From Vulcanisaeta moutnovskia 768-28 (lineage in GTDB: Archaea > Thermoproteota > Thermoprotei > Thermoproteales > Thermocladiaceae), in the NCBI RefSeq assembly GCF_000190315.1, contig NC_015151.1:1992509-2024508 (forward strand): a stretch of 32,000 bases of DNA, given 5' to 3'. Under the pieces are notes generated by a model that saw only the letters and a program-made list of their open reading frames with translations, had not been told where the DNA came from and searched no databases. Of the stretch, positions 15,617-23,481 are shown in pieces; the first letter of the stretch is position 1; each line of letters starts with the position of its first letter. The translations under genes and the position numbers were made by a program.

Positions 15617-16861
15617 CTATTCTCCGAACTTCTCGAGAGTGCCTAGATAATTCGCTATAATATTCATAACGTCGATACCCCTAATCCTGGTCCAAAAGCC
15701 TTTGATGCAGTCTCTCTCACTAAATCTGGTCACATCGTCTCTCATAACATCCGGGCCCCACGCCATAAATGGGACAGGATCACCCGTATGTTCCTTAACC
15801 ACTATTGGTGTTGCATGGTCACAGGTTATGAATATGTAAGTATCGCTGGGTGCCTCCTCGAGAAACCTCCTTAATCCAGTATCAACCCTCTCTATAATCA
15901 TGGCTTTACCCTCAGCGTCACCATCATGTGACATGGAGTCGGTTGGCTTAACATGTAGAAATACAAAGTCATGATCCTTTAAGGCTCTTGCAGCAGCTTG
16001 GAATGCGGTTGTGAAATCATCATCCTTAGAGCCTATGTAATTATCGACATGTATCGGTTCCATACCCAGTGCTACACCAATACCCCTAATCAACGCAACA
16101 CCAGCAATAATGGCAGGCTTAATCCTATACCTCGAGCTTAATGGCTCAAAGTTCTTCAGGGAACCCGCACCCCTGAGGAGGACCATGTTTATTGGGCCCT
16201 TACCATCCCTCCTCCTCTTCTCATTAAACTCAGCACTACTTAACTTTTCATAAACAAGCCTGGTGAATTCATTGATATAGTCAGCAGTGATCTTAGCATC
16301 ACTACTTAATGCCTTAGCCTCAGAGACCTTGGCGCCAATAACGTGCGGATCAGTGTCACTAACATGCGGTGAAACGCCACCTTTTAGAACTAGAACACCC
16401 CTATGCTCCACGGTTTGTTTATAGACCGCGTCAATGCCATATTTACTCTTTAACGCTGGTAATACTTCATTATTAATTACGTTCTCTATCTCCTTAACCT
16501 CACTGGGATCTATATACCTACCACCCCTCCTATCAACAACGATTAAGTCGTTATTAACCGTAGCCACGTTCGCCCTAAACGCAACATCACTTGGACTAAG
16601 CATTAACCCAGCGCCTAATGCTTCAAATGGACCCCTGCCGGGATAGTACTTATACGGATCATAGCCAAAAATAGCCAGATGAGCCGTATCACTGCCGGGT
16701 CTAATCCCTGGCGATATAACGTCCATGAGACCGCAGGAGCCCTCAGCGGTTAATCTATCAATCGTAGGTTTAACAGCAAATTCCAATGGGGTCTTTCCAC
16801 CAAGTTCCTTAACCGGGCGATCGGCACAACCATCCAAAATTACCAGTAATGCCCTTGGCAT
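15617..16861 (-). CDS. apgM: Cofactor-independent phosphoglycerate mutase, archaeal type
   Basis: 414 aa. The N-terminal LLVILDGCADRP...GKTPLE..KPTIDRL and the PGSDTAHLAIFGYDP, DSMSHDGD and ITCDHATP motifs are typical of ApgM and the alkaline-phosphatase superfamily. Confidence 0.9.
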   Translation of the reverse strand: MPRALLVILDGCADRPVKELGGKTPLEFAVKPTIDRLTAEGSCGLMDVISPGIRPGSDTAHLAIFGYDPYKYYPGRGPFEALGAGLMLSPSDVAFRANVATVNNDLIVVDRRGGRYIDPSEVKEIENVINNEVLPALKSKYGIDAVYKQTVEHRGVLVLKGGVSPHVSDTDPHVIGAKVSEAKALSSDAKITADYINEFTRLVYEKLSSAEFNEKRRRDGKGPINMVLLRGAGSLKNFEPLSSRYRIKPAIIAGVALIRGIGVALGMEPIHVDNYIGSKDDDFTTAFQAAARALKDHDFVFLHVKPTDSMSHDGDAEGKAMIIERVDTGLRRFLEEAPSDTYIFITCDHATPIVVKEHTGDPVPFMAWGPDVMRDDVTRFSERDCIKGFWTRIRGIDVMNIIANYLGTLEKFGE

Positions 16862-16910
16862 ACGTAATACTGCATTAAGAGCATTAAAAGCATTTACCTT
16901 AAGTGAAAAT

Positions 16911-17240
16911 TCAGTCTCGATTTAACGTCTCACCAATCCACCTCAGGTAATCATCAAGACCACCAATTATTGGCAATGCAATAATCTCGGGAACCTTATA
17001 CGGATGCCTCTCCCTAATGTATCTCACTAAGTCATTAAGCCTGTCTCTCCTCGACTTAATAATGAGCAATGTCTCATTATTCTCCTCAACCCTCCCCTCC
17101 CAATAATAAATACTCCTTAGTCCATCAATGACATTTACGCATGCAGCTAACTTATTATTGATGAGCGACCTAGCAATTTCAACGCCAACATCCCTGTTAG
17201 GTACCGTAACAAGGACGACAATATAACTATCCTCATCCAT
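16911..17240 (-). CDS. cutA: Divalent-cation tolerance protein CutA
   Basis: 109 aa. VLVTVPNRDVGVEIARSLINNKLAACVNVI...SIYYWEGRVEENNETLLIIKS matches the CutA1 consensus. Confidence 0.85.
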   Translation of the reverse strand: MDEDSYIVVLVTVPNRDVGVEIARSLINNKLAACVNVIDGLRSIYYWEGRVEENNETLLIIKSRRDRLNDLVRYIRERHPYKVPEIIALPIIGGLDDYLRWIGETLNRD

Positions 17241-17360
17241 GACCTCTCCTGTGATTTATAAGGGCAGTTTTACTAAAGCATTATCCCTGCTATGGACTAG
17301 TTCAATAATTAATGAGCTTCATAATAATACTTAAATGCGAAGTAATTAACGTAATCCTTG

Positions 17361-18308
17361 ATGGAGTACATAAACCTTGGAAAATCTGGAATAAAAATAT
17401 CGAGGATAGGTCTCGGTGCGTGGCAATTTGGTGGCGATGCATGGGGGCCCTACGAATACGGCATTGCCAAGGAGGTAATTGCCAAGGCAGTTGAGCTTGG
17501 TATAAACTTCATAGATACTGCGGCCGTCTATGGGCGTGGACGTAGTGAGGAATTCGTGGGCAGGGCAATTAGGGAATTGGGGATTAGGGATCACGTTGTT
17601 ATTGCCACCAAGATACCGGGTGATTGGCATAGGTATGACGATGTGCTCAAGGCAGCAAGACGAAGTAGGGAGAGACTTAGTGTTAACGTTATTGACCTCC
17701 TTCAGCTCCATTGGCCTGCCTGCTGGCATAATGTCCCGATTTGCGAGACTATGAAGGCGATGGAGAGGTTGGTCGAGGATGGTGTAATTAGGTATATTGG
17801 CGTTAGTAACTATCCGCTTCAGTTACTTGAGGCTGCCCGCTCATGTCTTAAAAAGAACGATATAGTTAGCTCCCAGAACAGGTATAACCTAATCGAGAGA
17901 GATGCCGAGAAGGAACTTCTGCCCTACCTACAACGTGAAGGTATTACATTCATTGCATGGAGTCCACTGGCAAAGGGTGCAGTCACGGGTAAGTACAGCC
18001 CGGAGAATAGGCCTAGAGGTGACCTGAGGGAGAATGAACCTGTGTTTTACCTGGATAATCTTAGGGAAATAAGCACGAAATTAATACCAGTGGTTAGGGA
18101 GTTATCGATAAAGTACGGTAAAACACCCGCCCAAATAGCGCTTAATTGGCTTGTAATGCATGGTAACGTAGTGCCAATACCAGGGGCTAAGAATGCCGCA
18201 CAGGTTGTTGAGAATGCTGGTGCTGTTGATTGGAGGTTGAGTGAGGAGGACTTCAGGAGGCTTAATGAGGCAAGTAGTTCCTTAACAATAACGTATGTCA
18301 CCTGGTAA
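17361..18308 (+). CDS. Aldo/keto reductase family oxidoreductase
   Basis: LGKSGIKISRIGLGAWQFGG, INFIDTAAVYGRGRSEEFVG, DLLQLHWP, IRYIGVSNY and IPGAKNAAQVVENAG are canonical AKR motifs. ATG 17361 follows the track TTG 17358. Confidence 0.9.
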   Translation: MEYINLGKSGIKISRIGLGAWQFGGDAWGPYEYGIAKEVIAKAVELGINFIDTAAVYGRGRSEEFVGRAIRELGIRDHVVIATKIPGDWHRYDDVLKAARRSRERLSVNVIDLLQLHWPACWHNVPICETMKAMERLVEDGVIRYIGVSNYPLQLLEAARSCLKKNDIVSSQNRYNLIERDAEKELLPYLQREGITFIAWSPLAKGAVTGKYSPENRPRGDLRENEPVFYLDNLREISTKLIPVVRELSIKYGKTPAQIALNWLVMHGNVVPIPGAKNAAQVVENAGAVDWRLSEEDFRRLNEASSSLTITYVTW

Positions 18309-18364
18309 TTATCTACGCATTACAGTTACTAGCTTTATTAAGGCCTACATGGGTAATATCACGT

Positions 18365-18982
18365 ATGCGACTTCCTCGTGGAATTTATGGTATAACGGAT
18401 ACTAGTTATACTGTAAAGAGTCATGTAGATGCTGCTAGGGCATTCCTCGAAGGCGGAGTCAGAATTATTCAATATAGGCGTAAGGAGGGGAGTATTAGGA
18501 TACTGCTTGAGGAGGCTAGGGCTATTAGGAGACTTTGTAATGAGTACGGCGCAGTGTTCATAGTTGATGATAGGATTGACATAGCAATACTCAGTGATGC
18601 TGATGGAGTTCATGTGGGGCTTGATGATGCGCCTGTGGATGAGATTAGGAGAAGGTTTAGTGGCCTAGTAATCGGTGCTAGTGCCAGTACTGTTGATGAG
18701 GCCATACAGGGCGAGAATGCTGGTGCTAACTACATAGGCGCAGGTTCGGTATTTCCAAGCCCAACTAGGCCGGATTACAGGGTTACTGGGCTTGTTGGCT
18801 TAAGGAATATCGTGCAATCAGTCAGTATTCCCGTATATGCAATAGGCGGTATAACACTCGAGAGTATACCTGCTATTAAGGCAACGGGTGCCTGGGGAGC
18901 AGCAGTTATTTCGGGAATACTTGCTGCTAAGGACCCTGTTAAAATGGCTAGAGCATTCGTTGAGGCCTGGGAGAATGCCTAG
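18365..18982 (+). CDS. thiE: Thiamine-phosphate synthase
   Basis: 205 aa. GIYGITD, IIQYRRKEG, FIVDDRIDIA...ADGVHVGLDD, NYIGAGSVFPSPTRPD and PVYAIGGI fit ThiE. Confidence 0.9.
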   Translation: MRLPRGIYGITDTSYTVKSHVDAARAFLEGGVRIIQYRRKEGSIRILLEEARAIRRLCNEYGAVFIVDDRIDIAILSDADGVHVGLDDAPVDEIRRRFSGLVIGASASTVDEAIQGENAGANYIGAGSVFPSPTRPDYRVTGLVGLRNIVQSVSIPVYAIGGITLESIPAIKATGAWGAAVISGILAAKDPVKMARAFVEAWENA

Positions 18983-19081
18983 TTCTTTCTATTATTGTAA
19001 TTTATGCATTGTATACAGAGGTCTATATTCATAATGCATGGAGGTAATGTTTATTAATACTTGATATTTAGCAAATAAAAC

Positions 19082-19732
19082 GTGGCAACTACTACACCTG
19101 AAATGAGTAGGAAGGAGATCGCTAGATACTATGCTAATGCCATAGTTAAGCTCGTGATATACATAATCGTATACGTTGTTGTGGCTGCAATAGTTCACTG
19201 GATAATAGTATCCTTACTACCAATGTTCCACGTAAATATTAAGCCATATGAAGGTTATGTGAATGTACTACTCGCTTTGGCCTTTGGCTACTTAATCGTG
19301 TCTGCCTTCGCCGATGTTATTTACTGGTCTATGAGGTTTAGGTATGATCACCCAACTGCTAGGGCCATGAGGAATGTATTCCTGCTAATAGGTATTGGTG
19401 CGTTGGTTGCGGCGATTGCTGGAGCCATTGGTGGAGGAGTTGCTGGTGTGGCTGTTGGTGGCTTCCTCGGTATTGTGATAGGCTTTGCTGTTCAACAAGT
19501 CCTTGGGCAGGCCGTGGCTGGCCTATTCCTGTTATTGGCTAGGCCGTTTAGAATACATGATCATGTAAATTTACTTGGTGAAGATGGTATTGTTAATGAC
19601 GTTGCGATTTTATTCACTGAGGTTATTAAGAGTGACGGTACTAAAGTCCTGATACCGAATAACTCAATAATCGGTAACAAGATATACCTACTGCCTAAGC
19701 AGCAGCCTCAACAGCAACAACAGCAGAAATGA
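19082..19732 (+). CDS. Small MscS-family mechanosensitive channel-like membrane protein with a Gln-rich tail
   Basis: Three predicted TM helices. The third is Gly/Ala-rich (GGGVAGVAVGGFLGIVIGFAVQQVLGQAVAGLFLLLARPFRIHDHV), like the MscS TM3/pore signature, and is followed by a beta-domain-like GIVNDVAILFTEVIKSDGTKVLIPNN. It ends in PKQQPQQQQQQK. Start is GTG 19082 or ATG 19103. Confidence 0.7.
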   Translation: MATTTPEMSRKEIARYYANAIVKLVIYIIVYVVVAAIVHWIIVSLLPMFHVNIKPYEGYVNVLLALAFGYLIVSAFADVIYWSMRFRYDHPTARAMRNVFLLIGIGALVAAIAGAIGGGVAGVAVGGFLGIVIGFAVQQVLGQAVAGLFLLLARPFRIHDHVNLLGEDGIVNDVAILFTEVIKSDGTKVLIPNNSIIGNKIYLLPKQQPQQQQQQK

Positions 19733-19794
19733 TTCGTTGGGTTAAAATATAATACAATATTAAATTTATTAATTGGTATATTTCCTTATTCCTC

Positions 19795-21012
19795 GTGCCT
19801 TTACAGAGCCATGTTCAGATTGGTATTGTTGGTAAACCTAATGTTGGTAAGTCCACTTTCTTTGCTGCGGCAACGATGATCGACGTTAAGATTGCGCCAT
19901 ACCCATTCACTACCATCGAGCCTAATGTGGGTATTGGGTATGTTAGGATACCCTGCGTGTGCAGGGACTTGGGTGTTAAGGATAATCCCAGGAATTCAAT
20001 ATGCATTGATGGTAATAGGTTCATACCAGTGGAATTAATAGACGTTGCTGGCCTAGTCCCTGGAGCTTGGCAGGGTAGGGGCTTAGGTAATCAATTCCTT
20101 GACCATTTGAGGAGAGCTCCTGTGCTTATTCATGTGGTTGACATGGCAGGCGCAACGGATGAAGAGGGTAGGTTAGTTAAGCCAGGTACTCACGATCCAC
20201 TGGATGATATCGAGTTCCTTAGTAATGAGGTTACCATGTGGATGGTCCAGATGCTCAGTAAGGATTGGGATAAGTTGGTTAGGCTTGTGGATTACGCAAA
20301 GAAGCCATTGTTGGAGGTCTTATACGATAGATTTAGTGGACTAGGTATAACACAGCCTCAAATAGGTGATGCGCTTACTAAGTTGGGTCTCGATACGAAG
20401 CCTCTCAGTAAGTGGAGTGATGATGATATTAAGGGCTTCGTGACAATGCTTAGGGAGTTGAGTAAACCCATGGTCATAGCGGCGAATAAGATGGATATTC
20501 CTGAGGCTGAGGATAATTATAAGAGGGTTGTTAAGGATGTAGGTAATAAATATAGGGTAATTCCAGTAAGTGCTGATTATGAGCTGGCTCTGAGGAGGGC
20601 TGCAAAGGCGAATTTAATTAAGTACATACCTGGTGATGACGATTTTGAAGTTATGGTGAGCAACTTAACAAAGGCTCAAAGGGATGCCCTAGAGAGGATT
20701 AGGGATTTCATGCATAGGTGGGGTGGTACTGGTGTTATAAAGGCGTTAAATACCGCCGTGTTCGACGTACTCGGCATGATCGCGGTTTATCCAGTGGCTG
20801 ATGAGAGAAAGTTCACAGATACTGAGGGCAATGTGCTACCTGACGTATTATTACTACCCAGGGATGCTACTGTACTGGATTTAGCTAAGGCGATCCATAG
20901 TGAGATTGCTGAGAAGGCCGTCACGGGTGTTGATGCAATTACTGGTAAGAGACTTGGCGTTAATTCGAAACTTTGGCATAGGGCTGTCGTGAGAGTTTAC
21001 ATATCGAAGTAA
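19795..21012 (+). CDS. Obg-superfamily GTPase (YchF/OLA1-like) with a C-terminal TGS domain
   Basis: G1 GIVGKPNVGKST, then PYPFTTIEPNVG, DVAGLVPGA and NKMD. The C-terminus (VYPV...LPDVLLLPRDATVLDLAKAIHSEI...) is TGS-like. GTG start ~26 nt from a TATA-like AAATTTATTAA. Confidence 0.85.
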   Translation: MPLQSHVQIGIVGKPNVGKSTFFAAATMIDVKIAPYPFTTIEPNVGIGYVRIPCVCRDLGVKDNPRNSICIDGNRFIPVELIDVAGLVPGAWQGRGLGNQFLDHLRRAPVLIHVVDMAGATDEEGRLVKPGTHDPLDDIEFLSNEVTMWMVQMLSKDWDKLVRLVDYAKKPLLEVLYDRFSGLGITQPQIGDALTKLGLDTKPLSKWSDDDIKGFVTMLRELSKPMVIAANKMDIPEAEDNYKRVVKDVGNKYRVIPVSADYELALRRAAKANLIKYIPGDDDFEVMVSNLTKAQRDALERIRDFMHRWGGTGVIKALNTAVFDVLGMIAVYPVADERKFTDTEGNVLPDVLLLPRDATVLDLAKAIHSEIAEKAVTGVDAITGKRLGVNSKLWHRAVVRVYISK

Positions 21013-21020
21013 CGTAGTCT

Positions 21021-22952
21021 TTACATCCTCCTTAACCTGGGTATTCCAAGTATGCCCATGGCATTACCAAGTACTGTTCTCATGGCATTCACAAGGTTTA
21101 TCCTAAACTCCCTAATGCCTGCCTCTGCATTTAGCACGGGGTACTTCTCATAATAGCTATTAAATACTAAGGATAATTTATTCACATACTCAATTATGTT
21201 CTCAAGCCTCAGTTCCTGGGCAGCCCTGGCAATGACCTCAGGATATTCACCAAGCAATAGTATCAATTCCCTCTCCTCACCAGCGATATTATTGGGTATT
21301 TGCGTAAGTTTAGGAATTTCGCCAGCCTTCTCAAGGATCCCATTTGTCCTAACATAGGTATACTGAACGAATGGTCCACTATTCTGCTTTAGGTTTAGTA
21401 CCTTATCCCATGAGAATGTTAATGGTTTATTTGGACTTACGGAAAGGAATGAGTACCTAATTGCACCAGTAGCTACGGCCTCAGCTACCCTATTGGCCTC
21501 ATCAGGTGAGAACCTGTTCTTCACAATTTCCATTATCCTATCCTTAGCCTCATTAAGTAGCTCATCAAGTGAAATATAGACTCCCTTTCTACCACTCATC
21601 TTCATTCCTGCTAAATTAACCATTTCATAGGAGTAGTGAATTAGTTTCCTAGCTAAATCGTGATATCCCATAGCATGTAGCGCCAACTTAAGTTGAGCTT
21701 GCGGATGAGCCTGCTCAGAACCAATAACCCTTATTAACCTATCGAACTTAAAATTATCCCAGAACCATAGAGCGTATGCTATGTCTCTCGTTAGGTATAG
21801 ACTTGTTCCATCGCTCCTAAGTAATGTAGCCTTTGGTATGTACTTGGGAAGTTTAAGTTCATTCCATAGCCCTAGATCCTGGGCATACTTATCGGCTCTG
21901 AATACCACGGCGCCATCATCTCTCTCAACATATTGAGGGACCTTTCTAAGCAATTCATTGATTACCCTAGATGTACCGCCATTATCCACAGCAACCTCGC
22001 TTTCAAAATCCCATGAATCAAAGCTAATGCCTAATCTGTCCAGTGTAATTCTGAATCCCTTGAGTACTATATCCACGGCTTCCCTAATGACCTTTCTAAC
22101 AAACTCATCACCCTCCTCATAAGCCCTAGACCATTGCTTAACCATTAATGGAAGGTCCTCGAACTTACCCAACCCCTTGAGTAAGGTCTCGGTAAGCTCC
22201 TTATCCCTCTCCATGAAGTTATTAATTACGGAAATCCACTCATCCCTTTCACTAATCAGCTTATTCGCATCCTCATACTTACCCTCACTCTTAAATTGCT
22301 CAATCTGCTTACTCAATCTCTTAATCTCGCTTACTGCGTAGGTTACTGAGTAGATAATGCCCATGACATCATCAGGCTTCCAACCATTATTAACTCTATT
22401 AAGCACAAGGTCTTTAGCCACGTAATAACCAATGCCAACATACGGCATTTGATCTCCACAATCATTAACATAGAAATGAACCCTAACAGAGGCGCCGCAA
22501 AAGCGAAGAAGCCTTGCCAGTGAATCACCAAGTACGGCATTCCTACCATGACCAATATGCATGGGTTTAGCGGGATTAGCGCTAGTATGCTCTATAATGT
22601 AGCTACTGCTTGGGCATTTCTCACTTATGCCATATTTATCACTGAGACTATTGATTGTTGATAATACTATATTCGCATAATCCCTTATATTAATATCAAT
22701 ATTTAAATAACCATTAATCAATACAGCCTTATTAATTAGCCTAAGCTTAGGAATTATCTTACTATTTATTATCTCTTCGAGATTACCATATTCCCTTACT
22801 ACATTATGCATTGGAATTGTTAAGTAACCATATTGAGACGGTGCCCTCATAACCTCATTTACGTACTTAGCCAAGTCAATGTTAATCTCTGTACCTAAAA
22901 ATTCAAGTAGTCTCTGAACATCCTTAATTACCTCATTATATGGATTACTCAT
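21021..22952 (-). CDS. argS: Arginyl-tRNA synthetase
   Basis: 643 aa class I aaRS. HIGH-type motif ANPAKPMHIGHGRN, an MSGRKG (KMSK-like) loop, and a C-terminal DALR-like anticodon-binding region (GAIRYSFLS...). ATG ~29 nt from the TATA-like AAAATATTTAA. Confidence 0.95.
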   Translation of the reverse strand: MSNPYNEVIKDVQRLLEFLGTEINIDLAKYVNEVMRAPSQYGYLTIPMHNVVREYGNLEEIINSKIIPKLRLINKAVLINGYLNIDINIRDYANIVLSTINSLSDKYGISEKCPSSSYIIEHTSANPAKPMHIGHGRNAVLGDSLARLLRFCGASVRVHFYVNDCGDQMPYVGIGYYVAKDLVLNRVNNGWKPDDVMGIIYSVTYAVSEIKRLSKQIEQFKSEGKYEDANKLISERDEWISVINNFMERDKELTETLLKGLGKFEDLPLMVKQWSRAYEEGDEFVRKVIREAVDIVLKGFRITLDRLGISFDSWDFESEVAVDNGGTSRVINELLRKVPQYVERDDGAVVFRADKYAQDLGLWNELKLPKYIPKATLLRSDGTSLYLTRDIAYALWFWDNFKFDRLIRVIGSEQAHPQAQLKLALHAMGYHDLARKLIHYSYEMVNLAGMKMSGRKGVYISLDELLNEAKDRIMEIVKNRFSPDEANRVAEAVATGAIRYSFLSVSPNKPLTFSWDKVLNLKQNSGPFVQYTYVRTNGILEKAGEIPKLTQIPNNIAGEERELILLLGEYPEVIARAAQELRLENIIEYVNKLSLVFNSYYEKYPVLNAEAGIREFRINLVNAMRTVLGNAMGILGIPRLRRM

Positions 22953-22975
22953 TGTAGTGCATGTTAGATCTATAG

Positions 22976-22986
22976 TTAAATATTTT
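22976..22986 (-). promoter_or_regulatory. TATA-like box for argS (leaderless geometry)
   Basis: Minus-strand AAAATATTTAA, centred ~29 nt upstream of the argS ATG (22952). Confidence 0.45.
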
Positions 22987-22992
22987 AGTGTT

Positions 22993-23044
22993 CTGACCTC
23001 CTCCCATCCCCGGAAGGGGCGAGACTTGCCTCTCGACTTGTCAG
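22993..23044. other. GC-rich nested inverted-repeat element between the argS and rpoH core promoters (candidate structured RNA or protein-binding site)
   Basis: CTGAC (22993-22997) pairs with GTCAG (23040-23044). Inside are CCCC-GGAA-GGGG (23008-23019) and CGAGA-CTTGCC-TCTCG (23020-23035). It is visibly more GC-rich than the AT-rich intergenic flanks, by eye only. Confidence 0.3.
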
Positions 23045-23060
23045 TTGATTGATGTAAGGC

Positions 23061-23067
23061 TTATATA
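23061..23067 (+). promoter_or_regulatory. TATA box of the rpoH/rpo operon promoter (leaderless geometry)
   Basis: TTATATA lies 29 nt upstream of the rpoH GTG, and there is no SD motif in between. Confidence 0.5.
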
Positions 23068-23089
23068 GGCTTATGATTTACGTAATACC

Positions 23090-23362
23090 GTGAGTGCTGG
23101 AGGCAGGAGGAGGAAGACAGAGGAGCGTTTTAAAAGAATTCTTGAGCATGAGTACATGCCCAAGGCTGAAATCGTGCCTAAGGAGGAGGTTAAGGAGATA
23201 CTCAAGCAATTGAATGCTAAGGTTTTTCAGTTACCATGGATTAGGGCAAGCGATCCACTGGCCAGGGCTATAGGTGCTAAGCCTGGTAATGTCATTAGGA
23301 TAATTAGGAAGTCAGATACGGCTGGTGAATTTGTCACGTATAGATTCGTAGTTCCAGGTTAA
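23090..23362 (+). CDS. rpoH: DNA-directed RNA polymerase subunit H (Rpo5)
   Basis: [72 protein letters not shown] matches the RpoH consensus. GTG start 29 nt after the TTATATA box. First gene of the rpo operon. Confidence 0.9.
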   Translation: MSAGGRRRKTEERFKRILEHEYMPKAEIVPKEEVKEILKQLNAKVFQLPWIRASDPLARAIGAKPGNVIRIIRKSDTAGEFVTYRFVVPG

Positions 23363-23470
23363 TATACAAAGCAATTTAAAGGCCCTTTTGCAAGAGAGAT
23401 TAAGAAACCATGGTTCTTCAACCTATGGGAAAATATAGCGGAAAGAGTTTAAATATTGATTTAAGCATGG

Positions 23471-23476
23471 GGTGAT
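23471..23476 (+). promoter_or_regulatory. Shine-Dalgarno GGTGAT for rpoB
   Basis: GGGGTGAT with a 5-nt spacer to ATG 23482. Complementary to the archaeal 16S 3' end ...AUCACC. Confidence 0.6.
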
Positions 23477-23481
23477 TAATA

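Noticed and set aside
17312-17729. ORFs 17312-17494(+) and 17346-17729(-, 127 aa) overlapping the aldo/keto reductase start
   Set aside because: The AKR frame carries unmistakable family motifs from its first residues. The overlapping frames have no recognisable features and would require extensive gene overlap.
18992-19198. 68-aa minus-strand ORF spanning the thiE/MscS-like spacer
   Set aside because: It overlaps the promoter and 5' end of the MscS-like gene, lies in AT-rich DNA where such ORFs arise by chance, and has no TATA/SD context or motif.
22985-23060. Possible C/D-box sRNA in the GC-rich argS-rpoH spacer
   Set aside because: On the + strand, CTGA (D-like) precedes the only TGATG-like (C-like) sequence, which is the wrong order. 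The minus strand has no RUGAUGA box. I kept the element only as an unclassified structured element.
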